Below, one piece after another: positions 38,801 through 49,900 of a DNA stretch of 64,000 bases. The notes under the pieces were generated by a model that was not told where the DNA came from, made no database searches, and worked only from the letters and a program-made list of their open reading frames with translations. The position numbers and the translations under genes are program-made. This DNA comes from Podarcis melisellensis (lineage: Eukaryota): the NCBI GenBank assembly GCA_964234715.1, contig OZ174280.1; one strand, 5' to 3'. Numbering within the stretch: position 1 is the first letter of the stretch; the number at the start of each line of letters is the position of its first letter.

Positions 38801-41800
38801 TTGTTTTTTGCTTGTAAGCCCTTTTAATTTTATAAGTGCATGATGAGCAAAGAGCCCTAGTGCCTGAAGGCAGTTATGGCCTGAATGAGAGCCACTAAAC
38901 TGAGACTGAATCTTGATAAGACAAAGGCACTGTTGGTGATGGTTCACAGGTGAGAATTGGGTATATGGCCTATTCTGAACGAAGCTGCCACCCTTCCCGA
39001 AGCAACAGATTCATAAGCTGAGGGTGCTTCTAGAAGCTCACGAGGCTTGAATGGCAAGAGGTGCCTCAGCCCAGCTTCTGCTGGTTCGTCACCAGGGCAG
39101 CCTAGCTGTATGGCCTGGTAACCTCACACTTAGACTACTGCAGTGTGCTCTATATGGGCCTGCCCTTGGAGATGCAGTTGGTGAAGAATGTGGCTGCAAA
39201 AGTCTTGACAGGTTCATATGTAAGTGATCTTTGACACTGGCTGCCTGGGCCCAATTTAAGGTGCTGGATTTGGTGTACAAAGCCATATACAGCTTGGGAC
39301 CTAAGTACTTAAAGGAACAACTATCCCATTATATGCTGACGTTATTCTTTAAGATATGTGAGGGATGTCCTGTTTGCAGTTGCATGAACAACTGCAGTTG
39401 GTTGTATGCTAACAGTGAGCAGGGCCTTAATGGCACACTGGGTGGGGAATTCCTTCCCATAGGAGATACAGTTGTTGCTCTCATAAACAGTTTTTCCTCT
39501 CATTAATAGTTTTATGTTAAGAGATTTTTTTCATTCAGGCCTATGGAGATGTTTGATTTAAAGAAGTTGCTTCTCTGCTGCTGGATTACTATTTTGCAGT
39601 CTCCATGGTTTTAATGTCATAGCTGTAATTTTGAACCTTAATAAAAGGTGTTATACCGCCCTGAGAAATTATGGGTTATAATTAATTTTAATATTAGTAT
39701 TAATATTAATTGGAGCACTTTGTGCAAACACATTGAATACTATGCAGCTTTTCACTGCTTGTTTCCATTTGCCTCTCCATTTTAAAAGTCCATTTTTCAT
39801 CTTTCTTACGCTACACACCATGGTGGGATTCATCAGCTATACTGTGATTTGAGATCCTGGATTCTTTGTACTATCACAGCTTCTGAACTCAGGAGATAAA
39901 GGGAAACGCGAATGCTTTCAGTCTCTTCTCCACGTGTGTGGAGGAGGAATGGTATACATAGCTGGGATAGCTCAGTCAGTAGAGCATGAGACTCTTAATC
40001 TTGGGGTTGTGGGTTCGAGCTGCACTTTGGGCAAAAGATTCCTGCATTTCAGGGGGTTGGACCCTCACGGTCCCTTCCAACTCTACAATTCTGTGATTTA
40101 TTGACAGTGTGAAGCTTTTTTGTGGCTTGATCTTCTCCTGCTAAACAATGCTTTAGTGTTGCATCTGAAACAGGCCAATTAATTTGCTTTCTGAACCTTT
40201 CTCAGCCAGTAATGATTAGCATTTATTCAGCTGAACTTTACATTCTAGGTATATATGAATGCAGCACTCACAAATGAATTGTCTTTTCATCACTATAGGA
40301 GATCCCCTTTGCAGAGATACATACTCCTAGTTCACAATTGTGATGTTTACTTGATCTGGTGCTAAAGTCTAGTAATGATCATCCTGTCACCACTTACGTT
40401 AACAGATGGGTGGTAGATTCTGTACCAGCTTCCAAACAGCCTTTGAAGGCAGCTCCATGTAAACATCCTTGCAATAATCCGATTTATGAAGCTTGAAAGC
40501 TTTTGTTCCAGCTGCTTAAACCAGATGCAGCCGATACTGAGCATGGGGGTCTACTGTCACTTGCTCCTGAAGTCCTAAGAATACCCACAGATCTCCTTTT
40601 TGAAGGAGAGCAAATAACCATTTAAGCTTTTTGACTGGCCAGTTGTATGAAATACGTTTTCTGGAGGGAATTCTATATAAGACTGTGAGTAATCTTGAAC
40701 ACTGCAACCGGCTGAGCTCCCGTTGCTCGGTCCCTGCTCCTGCCAACCTAGCAGTTCGAAAGCCTGTCAAAGTGCAAGTAGATAAATAGGTACCTCTCTG
40801 GTGGGAAGGTACCAGAAGCAGCTTAGTCATGCTGGCCACATGACCCGGAAGCTGTCTTGGCCTATAGAGCGAGATGAGCATGCAAACCCAGATGAGCATG
40901 CAAACCTAACGGTCAGGGGTACCTTTACCTTTAATCTTGAACTGGCTGAAAGATGCTGGAAGTAAAATCGCCTTTCACCCACAGCTAGTTGGATTCTGGG
41001 CATTGCACTGATTCTGCCTCTGGCTGATTTAAAAAAAAAAGTTCTATGAATTGCTCACATTATAAAATATCAGAGTGGTGCACAGAGAACTTGTATTCTA
41101 TTTCCTTGCCATTATCTAATGCTTAAATTTTAGTAAGTAAAGAGGTTTTCATGAAGACAGCACACACCTCTTCATTCTTCAAGGAAAGTCCCCTTGCAGA
41201 ACCTGTTTGGAACTACTCATTACTCAGGGCTGTGCTGAAGTAGTAATTTTCCCAGGACATCAAATTTTAAAGCTGTAGGATTACTTTTAGTGATTAGGTG
41301 GAAAATGTGGGTTTCTTTTTAATACTTGGACTTGCTAAAGTATTTTACTTGGCTTAGAAAACGCTATTGGAAGGAGCTTTCCTCCATCATTGAATATTGG
41401 TAGTTGCATACATTTGTTTTACATGGGCTTTGTTTGGATTATTGGCTGCTTTGTTGCTGATCTAATTCTGAAACCTGGCTCTTATATACAGTGTCTTAAT
41501 TTTAGAATTACTAACACATTACCTTATTTTTTTACATTTTAATATAATTATATTTCTCATGATTTTATCTTACATTGTTTTTAACTCCACATGTAATACT
41601 TAATATATTTTATTGTGTTTTATGTGTTTTCTTTTTATCTTCTCTACTGGTCATTGACTTAAACAAACAAACAAACAATATGAATCTTATTCACGTCTCC
41701 CATTTGTTGCAGTGACTGGAGCTAGCTTCTTTGTGTTCAGTGGAGCTCTAAAGTCTTCTTCAGGCTATCTGGCAAAGTCCAGCATTGTAGAAGGTAAGTT

Positions 41801-44800
41801 TTGAGTCACCTTTCACCATGTACACTAGTTTCTTCTTGGTTAAATGTAACAGTGCTTCGGTGGTAGTTAGCACTTACCCTTGTTTACAAAACGTATTGCT
41901 ATTTTTAAACTAAGTATTGGGTTCTTAGAATCTTAGACCAAGAGACAAGCTTAAATAAACAAGAAAGAGGATGTACTGACGCCTGTGCTTATACTATCAG
42001 ACGGTGGTAGAAAACTGAATGTGGATAATGTGATTTTATTTTTTTTAAGGAGTGAAAATGTCTGTGAGGATTTTAACACTAGAACAGGCATACAGATTAT
42101 AGATAAGTAGTAGTTATGAAAAAGGCTCTTTTAAAGTTAATTTGTACTCCTGCTGTCAATACCAATTATATTGTGTATATATAATTTCTGTAAACTGCTT
42201 TTTTTATGAAATGGCAATATAGAAGTAATTTAAAACAAATAAATAATGAAATAAACACCTGATGTTTCAGTTTAGGCTAATTTTGTATAATGTGCTGCAC
42301 AATGTAGCACACAGAGTACATCCTGGAATGTTTTCTTTTGGAGGGTGTGTGTGTTGGAGATTGCGATTGTGCTGTCCTATCCAGGCTTTGATTCCATTTT
42401 TATACCAAGGCCTAATCCATATAATTTTATGCCTTGATTTTTGTAGTGTATGGATTGTGCGGGCTGCACTGTCTACATATAAACCCCTAGGCAAATCTGA
42501 AATCCAGGGCTCAGTATTCCACCCACCTCCTATTAGCAAGTGTATGTTCAAAAGTTTGGTTTAGGACTTGGATGTTTGCAGCATGAATCCACCGTACATT
42601 TGTTCTCTGGTTAAGAATACAGCTGTGGGCTGTTGTCCTGATTATGTCTTGTCCTACCTAGATGGAGTCATGGTCCAGATAACGGCTGAAAATATGGACT
42701 CCCTAAGGCAGGCTCTGAGGGAGATGAAAGACTTCACTATTGCCTGTGGTAAAGTGGATGCTGAAGAGCCTCAAGAACATGTGCACATTCAGTGGGTGGA
42801 TGATGACAAAAACTTCAACAAGGGGTAAATATAGGAGTCTTTTCTTGATATTAAATAAGCTTGTTTGGTTTTATATGCTTTCTTGGTAAGGAAAAGATGG
42901 CACATTCATCTACCTGTTTGCATGGAGTGCATGTTCATATTCCAGGAGGTGATATTCTTAAGGGGTATGAACTAGCACCTTCAAAATAATTAGCAGAGGG
43001 TATTAGCTGATCTGACTCCCCAGAGGTGTTTTTTATTTTAAAAAAGCCTGCTGCTAAGGCCAATTGTCTCACGAATTAATTTATCATATGTATATCTTGC
43101 TCTACAACATCACCTGAACACTTATTGAAGGTTAATGGTATAGGAACCAAGCTACCCATTACAACCTGCATGAGAGATTAAAGTATGTACTACATGAGTA
43201 TCTTTGGTGTTTGAAATTTGTGTATGCACCATCTTTTGAGATGAATGCACAGGCATTGTGTCGACATACTGAGGGAAATCGCAGCAGCTGGTGCTTTCTG
43301 TCAGCATGTGTGCGAGTGTTCAAGGAGGAGACATATCCTTTGTTGTCTTAAAATAATTGCTGTAAAGAAATAGATAAGGTATGTTGAACCACTGACGTAA
43401 GATATGTGCACGGGATGTTAACAGCTCTAACTGCATTTTATGCTTCCACATGTGGTGGCAATTACTTTTCAGTTGCAGGGGTTAACACACTGTTTGTTGT
43501 GTTAACTGTGTTACAGTTATTATGCTTCCCTAGAATGTCTTCATGCTTTTCTGTGTAATGCAGTAGTAGAATGTGCTACATCCCCCCACTGCAGGGACAT
43601 TACTTCAAAGAGGCATTTATTCAGGATGCTGCCGTTGTAGTAGTATTCCAGATGACTTCCTGGGGTGTTCTGTGGTTTCACACAGACAATTATTTTTGTA
43701 GGTTGATGGGAGCAGCTTCCTGTTTACCTTTACAGTGGCATTAATCTTGCTTCAGTAGCTTGATGATTACCAAAACGAAAAAGGGAAGAGCTTTGCTACC
43801 GTGTGAAAAAGACTTCTGCATTAAAACAAACACTAAATGTTTACACTAAATAGTGGGGAACCTTAGGTCTGGGGGCAGAATATAGCCCTCCAGACCCCTT
43901 GTATCATCCTCCCACCCCATCCTCCCTGCTCCATGTATTCTTTGAGTGTTTTTGTCTGGCTTGAATGTGTCCTTGAATTGTTATCTCTTTCGTTTGCCTG
44001 CATTGAGAGATGTTGAGGGGAAAGGGTGTAGAAACCTTTCACATTTGTGCAGTAAGTTACATTCCAGTTGCTCCTAAAGGTAAGACTCATCTCCTGCCCC
44101 ACCCACCACTGACACGCCTCTCACGAGAAAATGCAGTTGTCTGGTTGGAAAAAGTTCTGTGCCCTCGCAGCCATACATTGTCCAAAGTGTTGAAATGTGG
44201 TATTTGTATGGGGACAAAGACAGCTTTGAACTGTGTTTTTATTTTTAAAAGGTTTCATAAGCATTCAAATGGTTATCTATTTACTGTATAGAGATGGGAC
44301 CTTAGAAGTAATTTAGTCCAACTCCCTGATTAATACAAAAGGGCAATGGCAGCATCCCTGCCAGTACACCATTTAGCTCTGCTTCAGTACCATACACATG
44401 CTTTGCAACTGTACCAATCATATTTCTGGCTTTGGCTTTTCTGTGGTACAACTGGAAACACCGTTAACATGTGCAAAATTGATTTGACCAGTAATGGTGG
44501 TAACAAAAAAGGTGTATACAGAAGGCTCTCTCATACTACTTTGTGTGTCTGCACACAGTCCGTTTAACTGCTTGTGGTGTTATATTGCAATTTCCCCAAT
44601 GTATATGAAATTGTCTTGATTGAAGGGACTTAATTTTTCTGCATAGTCTTCTGATCTGGGTCTGTATTCTTAAATTCTGCTAACAAAAGTTTCTTACTTC
44701 CTCCTTTCTAGTGTTGTAAGTCCCATTGATGGAAAATCAATGGAGTCTATCACAAGCGTGAAAATATTCCATGGCTCAGAGTATAAAGCAAATGGGAAGG

Positions 44801-46301
44801 TCATTAGGTGGACAGAGGTGAGGAAGCAAAATTGTTTTTGTATGTTAATGCAGAAGTATTGCTTGATTTGGGGTGGGGGGGGGTGGGAAGCCATGTTATC
44901 CCTCACCAAATACTCTGGTTGAATGCAAATGTGTTCTTTTAGATAGCCCAGGCTGAGACTCATTGTGTGGGGTCTACTATACAGGTCCTTGAACATAGCC
45001 TTGGGACTTAGCTCTGAAGGATATAGTACACTACTGTATAGAAGGCATCCTAGAAAAGACTCTTGATACATTTATTGGCAGTCCACCTACCCTAATTATT
45101 CTGGCTATTTCTTTCATACTGATGCGATTAGCAGAAACCTGAGGCTGAGTTTTTATTTGTTAAAATGTGACAAACTTCTAGATCTGATTATCAAGGAGAT
45201 CTTAAATACTCCGCAGAGATAAAAATTCCCAATGATATAAGGAAATCTGCCCACCACCATGTCCTACTGGAAAATGCCCAAACGTTTCATCATTGGTTTG
45301 GTGCCCTTCTAGGTTTAACTACTTTCCCTCAATGGCCAAAATCCCTGCCATTAATTAGAGTAGAAAGCTTGCCCTCGTCACAGTGATCATGAGTTACAAG
45401 AATAGTATGTTATGGTACAGAAATTTAGAGACTGGAAAAATTATGTTTTCTTCAGGTTTTCTTTCTGGAAAATGATGACCAACACAATGGCCTAAGTGAC
45501 CCTGCTGACCACAGCAGGCTGACTGAGAATGTGGCCAAGGCTTTCTGCCTGGCCTTGTGCCCTCACCTGAAGCTTTTGAAGGAAGACGGGATGACCAAGC
45601 TGGGTTTACGTGTTACGCTTGATGCTGATCAAGTAAGTGAACACATCTTGTGGGGAAAATTCTCTCCACATCTTTGGCATTGGAAATTAAATAAGCTGGG
45701 ACCTATTTTGGGGGTGGGGGAGATATGCTTTCTAACAGAATTGCTGCGACCCTGATGTGAAAACATGCAGATTGAGGTTACTGTACTATTCATTTCTTGA
45801 AAATGATTCTTCTTCTTCACAAGCTCTTCCTGGACCTCACTTCCCTTTTTTGAACTGGAAAGGACCTCCTTTTGCACTTGTTTTTCTGTCTGTTGTATTT
45901 CAGAAAGCTGAAAAAAGCCTCTTTTAAACTTCTGAGGGTGATTATTTGAAAAGCTCCAAGTTGGAGCCTATTTCATGTAATCTTGAAGGCTTGCTTCAAG
46001 ATCACAGGGTGGGTCTGCTTACCTGCATTCTTCCATGGATAAAATTTTATTAGCCGAGAACCTCTTCCGTCATGCTAAGGGATTGCTTTAGTCTCTAGTT
46101 TCAAAAGAAAATAATATTTTCTCTTTACTTACTTTTTAGGTTGGCTACCAGGCTGGGAGCAATGGGCAGCCACTGCCTGCTCAGTACATGAATGACCTGG
46201 ACAGTGCCTTAGTTCCAGTGATTCATGGAGGGGCATGCCAGCTGAGTGAGGGCCCAGTCATAATGGAGCTTATTTTTTATATTCTGGAAAACATCTCATA
46301 A
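14823..46301 (+). CDS. ZFYVE9: ZFYVE9 / SARA, complete spliced CDS (17 coding exons, 4251 nt, 1416 aa)
   Basis: Join 14823-14892,19356-21433,24874-24973,27274-27450,28758-28927,29135-29258,31021-31143,32965-33120,35150-35374,36454-36536,37722-37826,38579-38729,41713-41793,42662-42824,44712-44817,45456-45632,46140-46301. All junctions are GT-AG and phase-compatible. Starts [24 protein letters not shown], ends [12 protein letters not shown]. Confidence 0.97.
18760..18840 (+). mobile_element. 3' part of the tRNA-Lys/CR1-tail SINE family
   Basis: ctgcatttcagggggttggactagatg...ccttccaactctgtaattctgtg, matches 40040-40099. Confidence 0.65.
18977..19249. mobile_element. Tc1/mariner-type MITE
   Basis: TIRs ta-ccgtattggcccgaatgtaagcc / ggcttatattcaggccaatacag-ta. 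Confidence 0.82.
19356..21433 (+). CDS. ZFYVE9: ZFYVE9 large exon (2078 nt): low-complexity N-terminal region and first half of the FYVE finger
   Basis: ttcag|ATGAAGCT...GGAAAG|gtatgt; contains [13 protein letters not shown]...[10 protein letters not shown] (FYVE WxxD and RRHHCR motifs). Confidence 0.97.
24874..24973 (+). CDS. ZFYVE9: ZFYVE9 exon, second half of FYVE finger
   Basis: [33 protein letters not shown]; aag| and G|gtaagt. Confidence 0.96.
25843..26028 (-). mobile_element. tRNA-derived squamate SINE; related decayed copies at ~3200-3330 (-) and ~54635-54745 (+)
   Basis: Reverse strand reads gggcttagctcagtggtaaagcatctg...ggttccgggttcaatc (Pol III A and B boxes). Confidence 0.65.
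27274..27450 (+). CDS. ZFYVE9: ZFYVE9 exon, Smad-binding domain
   Basis: [58 protein letters not shown]; tag| and G|gtaggg. Confidence 0.96.
27530..27770 (+). mobile_element. L2-like LINE reverse-transcriptase fragment
   Basis: KKPFLD...NYQPV / [43 protein letters not shown], an RT N-terminal motif, frameshifted. Confidence 0.8.
28758..28927 (+). CDS. ZFYVE9: ZFYVE9 exon with PP1c-binding RVWF motif
   Basis: [21 protein letters not shown]...SPVE; tag| and |gtgagg. Confidence 0.95.
29135..29258 (+). CDS. ZFYVE9: ZFYVE9 exon
   Basis: [41 protein letters not shown]; tag| and G|gtgaga. Confidence 0.93.
31021..31143 (+). CDS. ZFYVE9: ZFYVE9 exon
   Basis: [40 protein letters not shown]; cag| and T|gtaagt. 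Confidence 0.95.
31532..31891 (+). mobile_element. Full-length Sauria SINE
   Basis: tRNA-like head (gtggcgctgtgg...ggttcgaatccc), (ACCTTT)n tail, 13-bp TSD TATGGTGTAATTC. Confidence 0.92.
32655..32915. mobile_element. Tigger/pogo-like MITE
   Basis: Ends gtggtacctcg / cgaggtatgactg-ta; CpG-rich internal palindromes. Confidence 0.7.
32965..33120 (+). CDS. ZFYVE9: ZFYVE9 exon
   Basis: [51 protein letters not shown]; cag| and G|gtgaga. Confidence 0.95.
35150..35374 (+). CDS. ZFYVE9: ZFYVE9 exon
   Basis: [27 protein letters not shown]...[18 protein letters not shown]; tag| and T|gtaagt. Confidence 0.95.
36454..36536 (+). CDS. ZFYVE9: ZFYVE9 exon (C-terminal domain)
   Basis: [27 protein letters not shown]; tag| and |gtaagt. 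Confidence 0.95.
37722..37826 (+). CDS. ZFYVE9: ZFYVE9 exon
   Basis: [35 protein letters not shown]; tag| and |gtatgt. Confidence 0.95.
38579..38729 (+). CDS. ZFYVE9: ZFYVE9 exon
   Basis: [50 protein letters not shown]; cag| and G|gtgaga. Confidence 0.95.
38880..39680 (+). mobile_element. Decayed L2-like LINE 3' fragment (approximate boundaries)
   Basis: [23 protein letters not shown] motif; ends ataccgccctgag. Confidence 0.65.
39961..40099 (+). mobile_element. tRNA-Lys(CTT)-derived SINE with CR1-like 3' tail
   Basis: Head tagctcagtcagtagagcatgagactcttaatct...gtgggttcgagc resembles tRNA-Lys-CTT; tail ggtcccttccaactctacaattctgtgatt is CR1-like. Confidence 0.8.
40701..40931 (+). mobile_element. 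5'-truncated Sauria SINE
   Basis: gagctcccgttgctcggtccctgctcctgccaacctagcagttcgaaag...ggggtacctttaccttt; 11-bp TSD TAATCTTGAAC. Confidence 0.88.
41713..41793 (+). CDS. ZFYVE9: ZFYVE9 exon
   Basis: [26 protein letters not shown]; cag| and G|gtaagt. Confidence 0.95.
42662..42824 (+). CDS. ZFYVE9: ZFYVE9 exon
   Basis: [53 protein letters not shown]; tag| and GG|gtaaat. Confidence 0.95.
44712..44817 (+). CDS. ZFYVE9: ZFYVE9 exon
   Basis: [35 protein letters not shown]; tag| and |gtgagg. Confidence 0.95.
45456..45632 (+). CDS. ZFYVE9: ZFYVE9 penultimate coding exon
   Basis: [59 protein letters not shown]; cag| and |gtaagt. Confidence 0.95.
46140..46301 (+). CDS. ZFYVE9: ZFYVE9 last coding exon
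   Basis: [53 protein letters not shown]; tag| acceptor, TAA at 46299-46301. Confidence 0.95.
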   Translation, partial: VGYQAGSNGQPLPAQYMNDLDSALVPVIHGGACQLSEGPVIMELIFYILENIS

Positions 46302-48454
46302 GGATTTCATTTTCTGTTCAGACCTGTTCCAGCAGCAGCTGTATCTGAATCATTTGCACTTTAAAACTGGAAAAATTAAGCTTTTGTTAACACTATTATG
46401 AGGGGGTGGGTGCGTGATTGAGAACAGTTGTTCCATAATTCTGAATCGTCTATGCATTTGTCAACAAACAGGATCAGGGCAGCTTCTATACTACAAAATG
46501 GCTATGCTATCTTTGCAGCTAATACACTTCTGTTACAGATTAGAAAAAAACAATGGTCATGTTTTAAGACAATTGCAGTCATGTATTCAATGCTCAAACG
46601 GGTGCAGAGATCACTGGGGAGTAAATAAAAGGAAAGGAAATGTAAACATTTCTGATGTTTGTAGATGAACTTATTATGAAGACCTCCATTCTGACCTCAC
46701 TATACTGCCGCTTATGGTTAATTTCTCTAGACATTGAAATTATCGTTTACATTATCTTGACCAGATTATTGGTTGAAGTACCTCCAAGACATGTCGGAAT
46801 ATTCTATAGAGATGTACAGAGAAAGAAAGCAGCATGACTGAGGGTACCTTCTACGTCTGTCCCAAGCAAAGCAGAATCTCTCTAGAAGCTGTATGTAAAT
46901 TACGCTTGCAGTTTTGTGTGTATAAATAGGATAGTTTAACTTTATTTTTCTTTATTTGTGATAAAACTGTTCCCTAAGCCTGATGACATAGCAAAAATCT
47001 GCCCTCGTAAGTTTTGAGAGAGCCTGTCACAGGCATGAGAATTGTTAGGCTTAAAAAAAATAAGTTACCATGGAAATTTGTTCTTTTTGTAGTTTGGCCC
47101 TGGGTTTTTTTTTTAGGTAACTTTTTATTTTCCCATTTGGTGTACATTTATCCCCACCATTAAGCCTGCACTTATCTAACACTTTATAGTAGCAGCACTC
47201 TGTAAAGCTAGCCTGTGAAAACTGTAATAGTTTGGCTGCTGTTGCATGTTTTGCTTTCACTTCAGGCTGAGAAGTTTGCACTCTGTCTCACCTAAGACGG
47301 CACTTATGAGAAGAACGGCTTGAGCCCTTTCACTGCAGCGTACAAAGCTGGCAATGAGAGTAAGCAAAAGAACACGAGCACGTTCCTATTAAATCCAATT
47401 TCCATCCCTGAGCAACTGATAGCCCTGTGGAAAGAGCTGTGTCCACATAAGAGAGAAAGCAAACCTAAGCTTTAACAAGACACAGGCTGCTGTTATTCAA
47501 GGCTGACCACCCCCCTCCATGGGTAAGGAGGACAGTCTGGCCTTTTAAAGAGCAATCTAAAATTGGAGCAGCATGGGCAAAATGGTGAGCATTCAAGGGT
47601 AAGGAGGGGACAGCAGTTGCTCCAAGCCTGTCAAGAAATTATTTTTTAAAAGCAAACATATAGCAGTGAGAGCTGTAATAGTTAACTTTCCTCTGTGGGT
47701 AGGAAATCATAGTTGAGCAAGGTGCTACTGCTTGCCTAAGATTAGTAATAACAAAAAAAGCCCTCCTCGTACAACCTATGTAAACTGCAACTAGAACATA
47801 AGGAAGTCAAAGCATTAGAACTAGACCCCAAATTAAATGGCTGGAGAAGTTAACCCCACCTGAATACAAACACTTCTACTGAATTTATTAATGGTGGGCC
47901 ATATGCTATGAAGACAGTTAAATTCTTAGCCCATGCTGAACCTGAAAAGAACTCAGGTGCTCCATATTCTGCCCTGGGAGACAGGGTGGGCATAAAGAGG
48001 CTCCTTTGCAGAAGAAGGGCCTTACATTTCCTGCTCTTTCTTTTCCTTGCATATAAAAAGTTGCTTTTAAATTTTACTTCCTTCTGTGACAACGTTCAAT
48101 TTTACAGATGGAAGCTCAACTCTATTTAGATTTTACATGGCTGCAGTAGATTCCTACTTCAAGAGATGGCATTCCAATTTCACCACAGAAGTAGCTTTTT
48201 CAATGACTTTGTTTTGCTATTAAACTTACTGATAGAGGGAAAATACTGACTTTTCCTTCCTCCTTTCCCCCCTGCAGAAAATCATTTGTTTGGGTTATGT
48301 TTGTGCAAAATGCTATTGACTGACTGGTTTGCTTCAACCATAGCCTTTAAAATGACCTTAAAATTTACCATATTGTTAAGAAATGAGTACTTGTTTAAAG
48401 AGAAAAATGTACTTTTAAAATTCAGTTACACTGCAAAAGACTGCATATTATATT

Positions 48455-48501
48455 TTTATTTTCAACATGTAGTTTTGTATATTAAATTTATTAAAATTAA
48501 A
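48455..48501. terminator. Cluster of candidate polyadenylation hexamers on both strands (ZFYVE9 distal and possibly CC2D1B distal)
   Basis: ATTAAA (+) at 48481, 48490 and 48496; AATAAA (-) at 48455-48460 and 48487-48492; preceded by U-rich/TGTA sequence typical of 3' UTR ends. Confidence 0.5.
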
Positions 48502-48959
48502 AACTGAATATTGTATTGTCTCTATCCACTTAAGATAAACAAACTCTGCCTGATTGGCAGACTTAGTTCTATATTCAGGTACACACCTAGGTTTAACATT
48601 CTAGGAAACAGGCAACTCTTTCTTTTGTCAAATTACTGTTTCAACTTACACCCAAATGCTGTGCTTCTCAAAATCCTTAAGCAGTAAAAAGTTTAATTCT
48701 TCCTCTCCACTGAAAAAGAACACAAGAACATGGGCAGATTGAGGAAAACAGCTTAATAATAAATCAGCTACTAGCCATCTCAATATGGTATGGGCCTTTC
48801 CAAAAGGCTCGTGATAATGTTGCTTTAGAGCAAGGTTATGGGTAAACTTACAGAGAAAGGGGGGGGGGGGAATGCAGTGATGGCTTTAAAAAAAATTCAT
48901 TCCAGGCAATGTCAAATGCATATTCATGCTGCTGTTAACAGTAATATGCTTAACCTAAT

Positions 48960-49367
48960 GCTGTGTGCAAGAATAGAATTTATTCCAGGGCTAGGAAACA
49001 CAATCTTATTTGCAAGTTTACATGATAAACTTCCATTGCTGCAGCCCATCTTAGTATATTGTCAGCCATTAAAACCAAACCTTTTTGCCCTCGCCTGCAA
49101 ACATGCCCTTTGCATAAGACAGCAGCCCAATGGGTAACAGTCATGTAGTACTAACATTGCTACTTTCAGCAAGGTTTAAGGTAGGTCTATCTTTGTGGAT
49201 CAGCACCTTCTTTCCCAGTAGTAGACTTACAAAGCTTACCAACTCATACTATATGATAGTTATGAAAATAAAGATGTTATGTTCAGTAGTGCATTCGTTG
49301 AACATCTTTGGTGCTTGCAGAAGCTCTATGTATAAAGTCCATTCTGCAGCTTTTAGCATTTCTGTAT
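48960..49367 (-). other. CC2D1B: Probable non-coding terminal (3'-UTR) exon of CC2D1B; 3' end uncertain
   Basis: Strong acceptor t11-cttgtcacccacag| at 49367; first AATAAA on the - strand at 48979-48984. Confidence 0.6.
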
Positions 49368-49780
49368 CTGTGGGTGACAAGAAAAAAAAAAAGGAATGTT
49401 GCTTTAGAGGAATAATGGAAGGATTAATGAAAGATGATCAAACATCCATGATAGAAGTACAGAGTCTTCCTAGTGTGCTCTCAAACATTAACTGAAGCCA
49501 AGTCCATTAAAACCACTCAAGTATAAAGTTTTAGAAATTTATAAGGGACCGTAACCCTTCTTTAAGGATTCCTTCTTGTGGCTACATTGTCCTTTTGTTG
49601 GATAGTGACTCATTTTAATTTTAAAGATGAATCGTTTGCTATCTTGCATATTTTTAAAAAGAAAACTGCTTCATGCATGTATCTATAGAATACATTCATT
49701 TGTGGTAATCAAAGCAAAATCTTGAGATTGCTCATGCCAGTTGCCATCCTAAAAGACAGATGTACATACCTTAGGTGGAA

Positions 49781-49900
49781 CTAATGTTCAAGGACTAGCC
49801 AGTTTTCTGTAATTGTTTGAAGATCCTGCCCACTTAGTGGCTCCCTGAGTCTCACTTTTACTTCTAGTTTCCCTCCAGTAGGCTTCCTGCCATCCAAAAC
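49781..49900 (-). CDS. CC2D1B: CC2D1B last coding exon (exon continues to donor at 49770)
   Basis: VLDGRKPTGGKLEVKVRLREPLSGQDLQTITENWLVLEH*; TAG at 49783-49781, then AAG|gtatgt. Confidence 0.93.
   Translation of the reverse strand, partial: VLDGRKPTGGKLEVKVRLREPLSGQDLQTITENWLVLEH

Noticed and set aside
39961-40033. Functional tRNA-Lys gene
   Set aside because: Acceptor and T stems are mismatched, and it continues into a CR1-like tail shared with other copies, so it is a SINE
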